Assembly (NCBI GenBank): GCA_023261845.1
Contig: JALNJZ010000002.1
Location: 181,078 to 245,077 of the forward strand
DNA length: 64,000 nucleotides
Source: Candidatus Terraquivivens tengchongensis
Lineage (GTDB): Archaea; Thermoproteota; Nitrososphaeria_A; Caldarchaeales; Wolframiiraptoraceae
Reading direction: 5' to 3'
Notes under the pieces: generated by a model
What the model was told of the DNA's origin: nothing
The model's database searches: none
What the model saw: the letters and a program-made list of their open reading frames with translations, nothing else
Translations under genes and position numbers: made by a program
In this document: positions 39,688-50,399 of the stretch, piece after piece
Numbering within the stretch: position 1 is the stretch's first letter
Layout of the letters: each line of letters begins with the position of its first letter

Positions 39688-40743
39688 ATGATTGAGATAA
39701 GAAAACTGCAAAAGGTGGGTACAGCAACCCTAACAGTATCCCTGCCTAAAAAATGGGTGTTAAAAAAGGGCTTAAAGCCTGGGGATAGGGTCACGCTTAT
39801 AGAAAACGAGGATGGCTCTTTACGCCTAGACGTGGGCGACGTCAAAACAGCAGAAGAAACAGTATTTACGATCAACTATGACCTTTGCAACTCTAACAAT
39901 ATACTAAAAAGATTGATAATAGGTGCATACTTACAAGGAGCGGATATTCTAAAAATAATCTCGAGCAACGCGCTAACGACAGACACGATTAGTGAAATTC
40001 AAGCAACTGTTGATAAACTGCCCGGCTTCGAGATAGTAGAGCAGACCTATAGGACCGTACTCATCCAAAGCTTCCTAGATCCGTCAAAGTTCCCCATAGA
40101 GGTTTTGCTGAAAAGGTTACAAATAATGGTGGCTTCCATACTCAACCAAGTAATCTCTTCAATATCTGAAGGCACTCTTGTGAACATCAGCGAGATAACC
40201 AGACAAGAGAGCAAAGTAGATGAGCTATACTTTTTAACGGTTAGACAATTGTTTTTAGCGTTGCGCAGATGGCACCTCGGCATGACCCTTGGCATAGACA
40301 GCCCGACCTATGCAGCCGGTGTACGACTCGTAGCAAAAACGCTTGAAGATATTGGCGATGTGATTGAGAACATGGCAAAGGGATTGAATTCTGTACATAA
40401 ATCTTCACTCAAAATAAGCCCCGAGATCGCTAAGAAGATAGGAGAACTTGGCATTATGGTCCAAACACTCTTTAGTAAGACTATGAAAGCATTCTTCAGC
40501 CTTGATATAGACCTATTGAATGATGTCTTTGACAATATTTCGTATGTATTAGGGCAGCAGGACAGGCTGACTGAGGACATTCTGCTGATGATAAACGACG
40601 AAAGACTCGTATCATACCTTAAAATTATCTGCTGGGGCCTCAGTTGTATAGCACGTAACTGTGAGGTAATAGCTGAAGTAGCTTTCAATAGGCTTACAAG
40701 AACTCCCTCAAACATTATATTGATTGAGAAAGCTCAACTCTAA
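39688..40743 (+). CDS. PhoU-family phosphate uptake regulator with N-terminal AbrB domain
   Basis: RKLQKVG..TLTVSLPKKWV...GL..GD; R.II.AYL.G; E..VD.LY; LE.IGD. Confidence 0.88.
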   Translation: MIEIRKLQKVGTATLTVSLPKKWVLKKGLKPGDRVTLIENEDGSLRLDVGDVKTAEETVFTINYDLCNSNNILKRLIIGAYLQGADILKIISSNALTTDTISEIQATVDKLPGFEIVEQTYRTVLIQSFLDPSKFPIEVLLKRLQIMVASILNQVISSISEGTLVNISEITRQESKVDELYFLTVRQLFLALRRWHLGMTLGIDSPTYAAGVRLVAKTLEDIGDVIENMAKGLNSVHKSSLKISPEIAKKIGELGIMVQTLFSKTMKAFFSLDIDLLNDVFDNISYVLGQQDRLTEDILLMINDERLVSYLKIICWGLSCIARNCEVIAEVAFNRLTRTPSNIILIEKAQL

Positions 40744-40755
40744 AGGGATTTCAGG

Positions 40756-42432
40756 TTGGGCAAGGGTGAATTAAAGCACAGAAGTCGACAAATATCAGAG
40801 GGTATAGACAGAGCACCGCATAGGGCGCTACTTAAAGCCTTAGGCTTAACGTATGAGGAAATCTCGAGACCATTCGTAGCCATCGCGAATAGTTGGAACG
40901 AGATTGTACCCGGACATATGCATCTGAGAGAGTTGGCTGAGAGAGTAAAGGCAGGAGTTAGACGTGCAGGTGGTAGTCCTTTTGAGTTTAACACTATAGC
41001 GATATGCGATGGCATAGCGATGGCACATGAGGGCATGAGAGCGTCTCTTCCGAGCCGTGATATAATAGCAGACTCCGTAGAGTTGATGATTATGGCACAT
41101 CAGTATGATGCTGTCGTGGCGATCGCTAGTTGCGACAAAATAGAGCCGGGCATGATGATGGCCTTAGCAAGGTTAAACCTGCCATCGATCTTCATGAACG
41201 GTGGTCCTATGCTGATGGGCGAGAATGGTGGCAAGCGTTTCGCTGTAGGTAATGTGTTTGAGGCTTTAGGTGCATATTATAAGGGTCAACTCACGCTCGA
41301 AGAACTTTATGAAATTGAAAAAGTTGCATGCCCTGGCCCCGGCTCTTGCGCCGGCCTTTACACTGCTAACACGATGGCCGTACTGATAGAAGCCTTGGGA
41401 ATGAGCCTGCCGGGTAGCTCCACGATACCAGCAGTTGACGTAAGAAGGCTCTACGTAGCCGAAAAGACCGGCGAGACAATTATGAAAGCCTTAGAGACCG
41501 ATTTGAAGCCTAGCGACATCATGACATACGAAGCTTTTAGAAACGCTATAGCTGTTGATGCAGCGATAGGTGGTTCAACGAATGCCGTGCTACATTTGAT
41601 GGCGATAGCCAAAGAACTCGACATAAAGCTGACGCTCGATGACTTTGATGAGGTAAGCAGCAGGACGCCACAACTCATAGAACTGATTCCAGGAGGAATG
41701 TATGCGATGCAAGACTTGGATATGGCCGGCGGCGTTCCAGCCGTAATGAAAAAACTACTCGATGCTGGCTTAATTAATGGGTCCACTATCACGATAACAG
41801 GCAAAACTTTGGCGGAGAACTTGAGAGAATTCGTCCAACCTACAAAAGTAGAAATCATAAGGTCTGTTGAGAACCCAGTACGTCCAACGGGAAGTATAGT
41901 AATCCTCAGGGGAAGCCTAGCGCCAGATGGTGCTGTCGTGAAGATTTCTGGGGTAAAGAGGCTTAAACATGAAGGGCCAGCAAAGGTCTTCGATTGTGAG
42001 GAAGATGCTTACGCCGCAGTTAAGCAAGGAAACATCAAGGAAGGGGATGTTATCGTGATAAGGTATGAGGGACCAAAAGGAGGCCCAGGTATGAGGGAAA
42101 TGTTGAGCGTTACGTCCGCGATAGTAGGCAGAGGTATGGGAGAATCCGTGGCATTGGTGACTGATGGTAGGTTTTCGGGCGCCACTAGGGGTCTAATGGT
42201 TGGACACGTATCTCCTGAAGCTTTCGATGGAGGGCCGATAGCTGTAGTTAGGAATGGTGACTGGATAAAGATTGACGCGGAGCTGAAGAGGTTGGACGTC
42301 GAACTTGACGAAGACGAGATAAGAAAAAGGTTTGCATCATGGAAGAGACCTGCACCCAAGTATAAAAAAGGTGTGCTGGCGAAGTATGTAAAGTATGCAT
42401 TATCGGCATCAGAAGGCGCAGTATGGAGATAG
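40756..42432 (+). CDS. ilvD: Dihydroxy-acid dehydratase
   Basis: [54 protein letters not shown]. Confidence 0.96.
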   Translation: MGKGELKHRSRQISEGIDRAPHRALLKALGLTYEEISRPFVAIANSWNEIVPGHMHLRELAERVKAGVRRAGGSPFEFNTIAICDGIAMAHEGMRASLPSRDIIADSVELMIMAHQYDAVVAIASCDKIEPGMMMALARLNLPSIFMNGGPMLMGENGGKRFAVGNVFEALGAYYKGQLTLEELYEIEKVACPGPGSCAGLYTANTMAVLIEALGMSLPGSSTIPAVDVRRLYVAEKTGETIMKALETDLKPSDIMTYEAFRNAIAVDAAIGGSTNAVLHLMAIAKELDIKLTLDDFDEVSSRTPQLIELIPGGMYAMQDLDMAGGVPAVMKKLLDAGLINGSTITITGKTLAENLREFVQPTKVEIIRSVENPVRPTGSIVILRGSLAPDGAVVKISGVKRLKHEGPAKVFDCEEDAYAAVKQGNIKEGDVIVIRYEGPKGGPGMREMLSVTSAIVGRGMGESVALVTDGRFSGATRGLMVGHVSPEAFDGGPIAVVRNGDWIKIDAELKRLDVELDEDEIRKRFASWKRPAPKYKKGVLAKYVKYALSASEGAVWR

Positions 42433-42512
42433 CGCATATTTTTATAAGTTTTTATAAAATCGCCGTAATATTTTTATATATCATGAGCTGTTTTTACTCC
42501 CGAGGGAATAAT

Positions 42513-43958
42513 ATGCCAAAATTTGTAACACCACTCGAAGAAGTAAATTGGGAAGAACTTATAGAGATGGATAAGAAGTATTTCCTGAGACCAATATCAA
42601 CCGCAAAGGAATATTCTCCGTTGCCAATAGCAAGGGCTGAGGGAGCCTATCTAATAACCTCAGAGAACGTCAAGATTCTGGACTTCATGTCGGTTTTACA
42701 CTGCGCAAACGCAGGTGCTTATCATCCTAAGATAGCCCAAGCAATAAAGGAGTATGCTGACCATTTCGGTTACCTATACGAGGGTGGTTTCTTAGAGCAG
42801 ATGAGGCCAAAGGTATGCAAATTCCTCATAGAGGAAGCATTCAAGGGAGATATGGCTAGGGTTGGTTTCGGAAATAGCGGAAGCGAGGCAGTTGAGTATG
42901 CGTTAATGATAGCTAGGGTGTACACAGGCAAACCATATGTAGTTACCAGATGGTATGACTACCACGGCTGGACCGCTGGTGCGGTGGCCAACACGATAAT
43001 ACCGTATCTTAGGGACCTAGCAATAAAGCCAACAAAACCTGGTGAGGTGCCTGAGATTAAGACGCCCGTTGGTGGTATAGTTCCATATACCGCCGTAGCT
43101 CCACCACCCCACTGTTATCGATGTCCTTTAGGACAGACATATCCTGACTGCAAGGATAGGAAAGGAATGCTGGCATGCATTAATATACTCAAGGAATTGA
43201 TACTTGCCTATCAACCCTACGTCGCCGCAGTCATAACAGAGATTGTGCAGGGAAGCTGTGGTGTGTTCGCTCCGCCGCCCGAGTACAACCCGCAGTTAAG
43301 ACAGATAACGAAGGAACTCGGAGTTCTTTGGATAGATGACGAGGTTATCTGTGGCTTCGGAAGAACAGGGCCTTGGTTTGGATACCAGAACTGGGACATT
43401 AAGCCCGACATCGTTACCTTTGCTAAGGGTGTAACGAGCTCTCACATCCCCGTAGGAGGTGTCGCTATTAGCCCGGAGTTGGCTAAGTGGTTTGATGAGA
43501 GAAAGTGGTGGCACGCGAGCACGTTCGCATCCCATCCGCTTGGAATGGCCGCAGCTTACGCAACGCTGACTGTATATAAGGAGGAGAAGCTCATACCCGA
43601 CCATGCGAAGAAGATCGGCAAGAGACTCGAAGAAGGACTCAAAGGCATTCAGGACAGACACAAATCTGTAGGAAATGTAAGCGGCATGGGACTTATATGG
43701 GGCATAGAGCTGGTAAAGAACAAGGAGACGAAAGAGCCGATATTCCCGCAGGACAGGTTCTACTTCTGGCATGAAGAGGGTGTCAAGATACCGAGCAAGG
43801 TGGTTGCTGTTAAGTGCATTGAGAGGAGGCTGTTGGTCTCGACGTTCGCCGCCAACAACATAACGCTGATGCCGCCGCTTGTCGTGACTGAAGACGAAGT
43901 GGATAGGGCTATTGACATATTGGATAAGGCTATTGAAGAAGTCGACAAGATGATATAA
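42513..43958 (+). CDS. Class III PLP-dependent aminotransferase
   Basis: SGSEAVE, YHG.T, DDEVICGFGRTG, PDIVTFAKG, STFASHP; ATG 42513 with GAGGG SD. Confidence 0.9.
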   Translation: MPKFVTPLEEVNWEELIEMDKKYFLRPISTAKEYSPLPIARAEGAYLITSENVKILDFMSVLHCANAGAYHPKIAQAIKEYADHFGYLYEGGFLEQMRPKVCKFLIEEAFKGDMARVGFGNSGSEAVEYALMIARVYTGKPYVVTRWYDYHGWTAGAVANTIIPYLRDLAIKPTKPGEVPEIKTPVGGIVPYTAVAPPPHCYRCPLGQTYPDCKDRKGMLACINILKELILAYQPYVAAVITEIVQGSCGVFAPPPEYNPQLRQITKELGVLWIDDEVICGFGRTGPWFGYQNWDIKPDIVTFAKGVTSSHIPVGGVAISPELAKWFDERKWWHASTFASHPLGMAAAYATLTVYKEEKLIPDHAKKIGKRLEEGLKGIQDRHKSVGNVSGMGLIWGIELVKNKETKEPIFPQDRFYFWHEEGVKIPSKVVAVKCIERRLLVSTFAANNITLMPPLVVTEDEVDRAIDILDKAIEEVDKMI

Positions 43959-44002
43959 ACACTTTTAAATAAACTATTTTTTATTTTTATGTGTGAGGAT
44001 AT

Positions 44003-45163
44003 ATGCGTATACTAGTGCTTGGTGGAGCAGGAATAATAGGCTCTGAAGTAGCTGAGAACCTAGTAAAATATCCAGACGTAGATGAGGTGATCTTAGGAGA
44101 TATACTCATAGACAAAGCTGAGAAACTGGCCAGCAAAATGAAGAAGGCTAAAGCCCTGAAGGTGGATGTGACAGACCGCCCGTCACTGATCGCCCAGATG
44201 CAAAAAGCAGACGTCGTTGTAGGTTGCGTAGGACCTTACTACAAATTCGGTGTACCTATAGTAAAAGCTGCGGTTGAAGCCGGTGTTAACTTCGTAGACA
44301 TAATGGATGATCCGCTTCCCTCTAAGGAGGTCCTTGAAGACAAGGCGCTTTTTGATGAGGCAAAGAGGAAGAATATCAGCGTCGTTATAGGTCTTGGCTC
44401 GACACCAGGTCTTTCAAACGTTCTGGCAAGATATGGTGCATCAAAGCTTGACGAGGTTGAAAATATAGACGTGTCTTGGATTTTCACGACTGCAGCCGGT
44501 GTCGCCTCGGAAGCAGTTACTGCTCACATGTTCAACGTCACCAGCGGAAAGGTGCTAACTTACGAAAACGGAAACTGGAAGGAAGTCGTACCGATGCTTG
44601 ACGGAAAGGAGGTTCAGGACTTCCTTGAGCTTGGTAATGTGGAAGTTTACCATGTAGGACATCCGGAGCCCGTGACGATCCCAAGATACATAAAGGCAAA
44701 GAACGTGACGTGCAAAGCCGGAATGGTACCCGGCGAAGTCGTCGAGATTTACAGAATGTTAAACAAACTGCAACTGGTACAGCTCGAACCCATAAACGTT
44801 AAAGGCCTTAAAGTATCACCAAGAGATTTCATCATGGCACGCTTTGCATCGTTGCCGATGGACGTCGCGATGGAGCTTTTCAAGTTCGATGCCGCGGAAC
44901 CTCTCTTTGAGATGAGGGTAGTGGTCAGCGGAAAGAAGGGCAAAAACCCAACAAAGTATGTGTACAAATTCTCCGACGTAGGACACGAATTCGCCACGGC
45001 GATATCCGCTGTTATAGGTGCTATAATGTTAGGACGTGGACAGGTGAAGGCAAAAGGTGTCTTTGCTCCAGAAGGTTGCATAGATCCAGAGATCTTCTTG
45101 AAAGAAATTAAAGAAAGTGGAGTTACGATACAAGAGTCGTATCAGACTTCAAAGGAACTTTAA
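44003..45163 (+). CDS. Saccharopine dehydrogenase-family oxidoreductase
   Basis: VLGGAGIIG, VGPYY.FG, G.G.TPG.SNV, HPEP.T, GVFAPE. Confidence 0.85.
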   Translation: MRILVLGGAGIIGSEVAENLVKYPDVDEVILGDILIDKAEKLASKMKKAKALKVDVTDRPSLIAQMQKADVVVGCVGPYYKFGVPIVKAAVEAGVNFVDIMDDPLPSKEVLEDKALFDEAKRKNISVVIGLGSTPGLSNVLARYGASKLDEVENIDVSWIFTTAAGVASEAVTAHMFNVTSGKVLTYENGNWKEVVPMLDGKEVQDFLELGNVEVYHVGHPEPVTIPRYIKAKNVTCKAGMVPGEVVEIYRMLNKLQLVQLEPINVKGLKVSPRDFIMARFASLPMDVAMELFKFDAAEPLFEMRVVVSGKKGKNPTKYVYKFSDVGHEFATAISAVIGAIMLGRGQVKAKGVFAPEGCIDPEIFLKEIKESGVTIQESYQTSKEL

Positions 45164-45165
45164 AC

Positions 45166-45462
45166 TCATTCGGACTCAGCTTTTTCCCTTGGTTCCGCTA
45201 CGATGACAGCTTCTTCCTCTGGTATTTTAAATTCAACCATTTTATTTTTGTTTATGAATGCATAACCTCTCGGTGCATCAGCGCTATACGTAACCTCGGC
45301 CTTGAATAGAAGTTCGCCTTCATACACCACCTCTACCGGCTCCTTCTCGGGTACTTTGAGTAGCGCCATGTACTTGTTGTTTATCTTGACAGAGTTTGGC
45401 GGAACATTCGGGTCACCTTTTGCCTTAAGCCATACAAATTTCTGACCTGGTAGAACGCCCAT
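45166..45462 (-). CDS. Small hypothetical protein, possible double-psi beta-barrel
   Basis: Two similar halves (..D..VP.NSV.IN..YM..L.V.E.E.V.V / ..DAP.G.A.IN...M..F.I.E.E.V.V); ATG 45462 downstream of TTTATAAA. Confidence 0.6.
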   Translation of the reverse strand: MGVLPGQKFVWLKAKGDPNVPPNSVKINNKYMALLKVPEKEPVEVVYEGELLFKAEVTYSADAPRGYAFINKNKMVEFKIPEEEAVIVAEPREKAESE

Positions 45463-45562
45463 AATACGCACCTGCCTGTTAAGTATGTAGGGTTTCCGCT
45501 TCGTAATAAGTTTACTCAAATTTTATAAATATTTTATTCAAAAATGAACCGGTTGGTGCTGT

Positions 45563-46405
45563 TTGGTTAGGGTGGCCGCAATACAGGCTAAACCTTCTGG
45601 CGGACTCTTCACGGAAAAGAACCTGCCTAGGGCACTGGAGTTGCTCGATACTGTGGCAAAGATGGAGGTTGATATAGCCGCGTTTCCGGAGGGATACCCC
45701 TCAACGGGCGAGAAGGAACTCTGCAAAAAGGCTCGCGAAATAAACTCTTACGTTATAGCTACATTGCTCCAAAAGACACAGAACGACAAGTACGGAAGCA
45801 TGTGCATACTCATAAGTCCCAATGGTGAAGTTATAGGTAGGCAGGGCAAGACTACGCTGCTTTGGGTGTTCGAGGAAGGGCTTTTTGAGCCCGTAGATTC
45901 TCTGCCATTGCATGACACTGTTCATGGAAAAGTAGGTATCCTGAGGTGCTCTGAGATAATCTATCCTGAGCCCATGTCAATGCTGAGCATGATGGGAGCT
46001 GACATCATATTCGTTGTCTCAAACTGGAACGCGAACGTCATACATCTTTGGCACCGCATAATTTTAGTCCGCTCTTGGGAGAATTGGATGCCCATAATAG
46101 GTGTTAACACTGCTGAATGGATTAAATCGCGATTGGTTTATGCAGACTTTGAATTGGAACCGAGATATGGAGGGTACAGCATCATCGTCGTGCCCGAAGA
46201 TATTACTAGCATAGACGAGTTCATCGTAAGGCCCTATAGCGGCGAAAATATGTTCACGGAAGAGAGGCTGATAAAGGCGAAGGCAGGCAAGGACGAGGAG
46301 ATATTGGTTGCGGACATAGACCTAAAGCGATACTCTGAGTTTAGATGGAAAGTCTTCTTCAGGAATAGAAGACTAAAATTTAAAACGCTAGAAAAAGGTT
46401 TTTAG
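45563..46405 (+). CDS. Carbon-nitrogen hydrolase (nitrilase superfamily)
   Basis: E-K-C triad: FPEG, QGKT, GILRCSE; E..L.ADIDL. Confidence 0.85.
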   Translation: MVRVAAIQAKPSGGLFTEKNLPRALELLDTVAKMEVDIAAFPEGYPSTGEKELCKKAREINSYVIATLLQKTQNDKYGSMCILISPNGEVIGRQGKTTLLWVFEEGLFEPVDSLPLHDTVHGKVGILRCSEIIYPEPMSMLSMMGADIIFVVSNWNANVIHLWHRIILVRSWENWMPIIGVNTAEWIKSRLVYADFELEPRYGGYSIIVVPEDITSIDEFIVRPYSGENMFTEERLIKAKAGKDEEILVADIDLKRYSEFRWKVFFRNRRLKFKTLEKGF

Positions 46406-46418
46406 ATGGACGACATGC

Positions 46419-47276
46419 TTGCATGGTGTGCCTAAGGTATACGTGCCACACCCGAAATACCCTACGGTGTCCATAACAGGTAGTAGATGTGAGCTGAAGT
46501 GCGACTATTGTCGCGGCCTCGTCTTAAGGACGATGGTGCAGATAGAGAGCCCTGACAGGCTCTTGTCCTTTTGTAAGAGGTTGAAGGAAAGAGGTGGTAT
46601 AGGATGCTTGCTCAGCGGTGGTTTCAACAAAGAAGGCAAGCTACCATTTGAGCCGTATATCGAAACCATAAGATGCGTGAAGAAGGAACTAGATCTAATG
46701 CTTAGTATACATCCCGGAATCCTAAATAAAGACGAGGCGGTCCAGTTAAGGGATTCTGGAATAGATATAGCGGAATTCTACGTCATTCTCAGCGACAACG
46801 TTCTAAGGAACGTCATGCACACTAAACCAAACAAGGATGATGTATTGAAGGCGCTCGATATAATTTACACCTACGGTCCTCGTTATGTCTCGCCGCATAT
46901 AACAGTGGGCTCAGATTACGGTAAGATCTCTTGGGAGTACGAGGCCATCGATGCGCTGAGGGATTATGACCCTTATGTTCTAATATTTCTGATATTGGTG
47001 CCGATAGAAGGTACACCCATGGCCCATGTCAAACCACCATCCATCAGCGATTTAGTGAACCTTTTCGCTACTGCTAGGAAAAAGCTAGAGAACACGGAGC
47101 TTGCACTGGGTTGCATGAGAGTTAGAGGGAAGTATACGCAAACTCTTGAAAGCGAGTTAATGCGTAAGGGTTTAGTTGACAGAATCACTGTGCCCTATAC
47201 ATCAATTCCAGAACCAACAATCCATACGTGCTGCTCTCTTCCGGATAGTGTTGCATTAAAGTATATACAAAAATAA
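46419..47276 (+). CDS. Radical SAM protein, biotin-synthase-related, LipS1-like
   Basis: SITG..CELKCDYC, GCLLSGG, P..GTPM, LGCMR and C-terminal CC. Confidence 0.75.
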   Translation: MHGVPKVYVPHPKYPTVSITGSRCELKCDYCRGLVLRTMVQIESPDRLLSFCKRLKERGGIGCLLSGGFNKEGKLPFEPYIETIRCVKKELDLMLSIHPGILNKDEAVQLRDSGIDIAEFYVILSDNVLRNVMHTKPNKDDVLKALDIIYTYGPRYVSPHITVGSDYGKISWEYEAIDALRDYDPYVLIFLILVPIEGTPMAHVKPPSISDLVNLFATARKKLENTELALGCMRVRGKYTQTLESELMRKGLVDRITVPYTSIPEPTIHTCCSLPDSVALKYIQK

Positions 47277-47304
47277 AAATAATGGAAAACTTGTTCTGCT
47301 ACCT

Positions 47305-48387
47305 CTACTTAAAGTAGGGTAGTACCTTCTCGCCTAGAAGCTTTATCTGTTCTTCCAGCTTTCTGACGTCGCCAGTTACGTAGAGACCGACCAAGTCCTT
47401 TATGACGACGTTCTTCGCTCCAGCTTTTAGGAACTTCTCAATGCCCGCAATTACCTCGTCCGGTGTGCCCACGGCTAAGAACTTCTCGGCTATTTTGTCG
47501 GGCATGGCCTCTGCAGCCTTTCTCGGATGTTCAACAACTTCCTCAACGGGCGGTGCTCTCTGGTACGAGTAATCTACAGTCTCGGGTATCGGCACCTCAA
47601 ACCCAAGCTCCTTCAAAGTCTTTCTATGCGTCAGCATTATTATCTCCGGCTTTATGGCGTCAACCGCAGCTTTTCTCATGTTTGGATCGTCCGTCACAGC
47701 AGTGTAGATGAAGGCGATTTTATCTATGGCCTCAAAGTCCCTTCCTGCTTTCTTTGCGGCATCCTTTATTATCTCTAGCCTCTTCTGGTAAAGTTCTGGG
47801 GTAGCGAGCCAGGGCTTCCAACCATCGGCAACCTCTCCTACTAACCTGAGAGACTTGGGAGATCCCAATGCGCCCACGTAAATGGGCGGGGCAGGTTTCT
47901 GTACCGGAACTTGGTCTATCCAAGCATTCTTAAGCTTGTAGAACTTTCCCTCAAAGTTGACCGGACTTGCCCTGCTAGACTTCCATGAAAGCCTGATTAC
48001 CTCTATAGCTTCCTTTAACCTTGCGACCCTTGTTTCCGGATCTTCCCACGGTAAACCATACGCCACTATGTTCATCGCTTCACCGGCTCCGAGCCCGAGT
48101 ATTACCCTACCACCAGTCAGCTCGTCAAGTGTAGCTGCGATATGAGCAACTTTTGTTGGGTGTGCCCTGATAACATCCGTCACATCTGTTGCAAGCCTCA
48201 TGTTCTTTGTCTGCACACCTATGGCGGTGAGAGTTACCCAAGGGTCAACTTTGTCGCCTGAAGGTGGCATATCTGTATAGTGGTCTGGAACCCATGCGGA
48301 CGTGAAACCATACTTTTCGGCGAGCACGCCTGCATGTACTAGATCCGCCACGGGTAGGACGGTTAGGTGTATACCAAATTTTACCAT
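47305..48387 (-). CDS. LLM-class flavin/F420-dependent oxidoreductase (Mer-like)
   Basis: AEKYGF..AW.PDH, DPW, HP...A...ATLD.L..GR..LGLGAG, PPIYVGA, ADGW. Confidence 0.9.
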   Translation of the reverse strand: MVKFGIHLTVLPVADLVHAGVLAEKYGFTSAWVPDHYTDMPPSGDKVDPWVTLTAIGVQTKNMRLATDVTDVIRAHPTKVAHIAATLDELTGGRVILGLGAGEAMNIVAYGLPWEDPETRVARLKEAIEVIRLSWKSSRASPVNFEGKFYKLKNAWIDQVPVQKPAPPIYVGALGSPKSLRLVGEVADGWKPWLATPELYQKRLEIIKDAAKKAGRDFEAIDKIAFIYTAVTDDPNMRKAAVDAIKPEIIMLTHRKTLKELGFEVPIPETVDYSYQRAPPVEEVVEHPRKAAEAMPDKIAEKFLAVGTPDEVIAGIEKFLKAGAKNVVIKDLVGLYVTGDVRKLEEQIKLLGEKVLPYFK

Positions 48388-48439
48388 ATCCCTTCAAAAG
48401 AAAAGATTAATTGATTAGTTTAATAAAATTTTCTGTTCT

Positions 48440-49603
48440 CTATCTACTTTTTTCGGCCTTTGAAGCAATGGCGATACATGCCATTGTAGCGGCCATTATG
48501 GCCTGAAGGAGGAAACTTTCCCGTAGGCCTACGACCTCTGATATGTATCCGGCTAGCAAAGGACCGAATGCAAAACCGATGCCGAAGATGCCCTCGTAGA
48601 CACCTACGACGAAGCCGTACTTCTCTGCAGGCGTGTTATACGTTAACGCATTAAAGAGCAAGGAGGTAAAGTAGCTCAATGTTGCAGCATAAATCGCAAC
48701 TGCGGTATAGAAAACGGCCAAGGATGGAAAGTATGCTATCAAAAGCATGGGTATAGCAAAAAATACTGATGCCATTGTGAAGGCAAACCTCGGTTGTGAC
48801 CTAAACATCTTTCCTACCACTAAAAATGACAATAACCTAGCGAGGCTGAAGACCGTGAATATTGTGCCGACGTAAAACTCGCTTATTCCCAACCTCCAAG
48901 CGTAGTTGGGGAATATCACCAAGAGTGTTGCATAAACCATTGATTGAATGATAAGCATGCTATAGAATGGTGCAAGCCTGAGAAGGGAAAATTTATTGTT
49001 CCCCCTCTTTTCATTCAAGTCCTTTTGCTCTAAGACTTTTGGCTGTCTTAACAAAAGGACCATCGGTATAGCGGCCACCAATATTGCTAAGGATAACCAG
49101 AATGTCGCATATATTCCGAAATTCTCAGCTATGTAGCCTCCTATACTGGGTCCGAGCAGAAAGCCAGCGTTCCATGAAACACTATAGAACGCAAATGCCC
49201 TGACCCTATTCTGGACTGTTGAACTAGAAGCAACAATCGTTTCTCCTATGGGCCAATAGAAGACAAATGCCAGACCTATCAGAAGCTGGGCGATGATAAT
49301 CTCGGGTACGCTTTTAGCTAGTGAGACGACTATGTAAAAAATCATGGCCATTATGGGGCTAATCAGGTACAGCCTAACCTTACTGACACCTGCCAAGAAA
49401 TGTCCAACAAGAGCGGGTAGGAAGGTATACGGCAAGGCTCTCACGAAGCCGAGCGCTCCTATCTCTATGTAAGATGCACCAAGAATCTCAGCCTGTATCG
49501 GGATAAAGTATAGACCGGAAGATATGCCAAGGCCTATGACAAATGTGGAGACGCTGAGCAACCACAGGAACGTTGCAGATTCTTTGGACGTAAGTTCACC
49601 CAA
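48440..49603 (-). CDS. MFS transporter
   Basis: About 12 TM helices; G..LGP.IGG motif in both halves. Confidence 0.85.
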   Translation of the reverse strand: MGELTSKESATFLWLLSVSTFVIGLGISSGLYFIPIQAEILGASYIEIGALGFVRALPYTFLPALVGHFLAGVSKVRLYLISPIMAMIFYIVVSLAKSVPEIIIAQLLIGLAFVFYWPIGETIVASSSTVQNRVRAFAFYSVSWNAGFLLGPSIGGYIAENFGIYATFWLSLAILVAAIPMVLLLRQPKVLEQKDLNEKRGNNKFSLLRLAPFYSMLIIQSMVYATLLVIFPNYAWRLGISEFYVGTIFTVFSLARLLSFLVVGKMFRSQPRFAFTMASVFFAIPMLLIAYFPSLAVFYTAVAIYAATLSYFTSLLFNALTYNTPAEKYGFVVGVYEGIFGIGFAFGPLLAGYISEVVGLRESFLLQAIMAATMACIAIASKAEKSR

Positions 49604-49673
49604 TTTCGTGTTGCCTCTGAGTACGCACCACGATTAAAATGTTTTCAATTATGGTTATGCAAAACTTCACACT

Positions 49674-50399
49674 TCAGACAAGAGTTAACTGCTTCGCCTT
49701 CTTGAATATGTTATTCAGCATGCTCTGCGTTAACCTGCCGGTCTGTGTGTTTTGTCTGCTAGGATGGTAAGATGCGATGAGCGAAGGTGCAGCCCTACCG
49801 AATAGCTCCCCTTCCAACTTATAAACAGCACCGTGCGAAAACTTCGGAGAAGGCCTCGGCATCTTAACGCCGAGTTCTGATAAAATTTTCACACAAGTAT
49901 TGAACGCTACCATACCAAGTGCGACTATTGCCTTTACGTTCTTGAGAAGGAAGAGCTCATTCTTTAGGTATGCTGAACAGTTCTCGATCTCTTCCTTAGA
50001 AGGCATGTTTTTGGGCGGAACGCATCTAACGACGGCAGTGAGGTATGCGTCCTTAAGCCTAAGCCCATCATCCCTGTGAATGCTGTAGGGCTGGGATGCG
50101 TAGCCTACAAAATACAGCGCCCTCATCAGAGTATTAGCGGAACCATCACCCGTGAACATCCTTCCGGTCCTATTCCCTCCATGAGCTGCTGGCGCAAGCC
50201 CTACGATTAAGAGCCTCGCGTTAGGGTCACCGAAGCTTGGTATGGGTTTTGCCCAATACTCGTCTTTCAAGTACCTCTTCGGTCGTTTCTCAGCCACATA
50301 AACTCTGTAGTGCACAAGCCTGGGACATTTTTTACATGAAATTATCGTCGTTGCTAGTTCTTCTAAGCTGTTTAGCATGAGATGCTCTCCGCTACTCAA
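49674..50399 (-). CDS. udgB: Uracil-DNA glycosylase family 5
   Basis: CKKCPRL (Fe-S), GLAPAAHGGNRTGRMFTGD, RC.PP.N, YHPSRQNT. Confidence 0.92.
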   Translation of the reverse strand: MSSGEHLMLNSLEELATTIISCKKCPRLVHYRVYVAEKRPKRYLKDEYWAKPIPSFGDPNARLLIVGLAPAAHGGNRTGRMFTGDGSANTLMRALYFVGYASQPYSIHRDDGLRLKDAYLTAVVRCVPPKNMPSKEEIENCSAYLKNELFLLKNVKAIVALGMVAFNTCVKILSELGVKMPRPSPKFSHGAVYKLEGELFGRAAPSLIASYHPSRQNTQTGRLTQSMLNNIFKKAKQLTLV

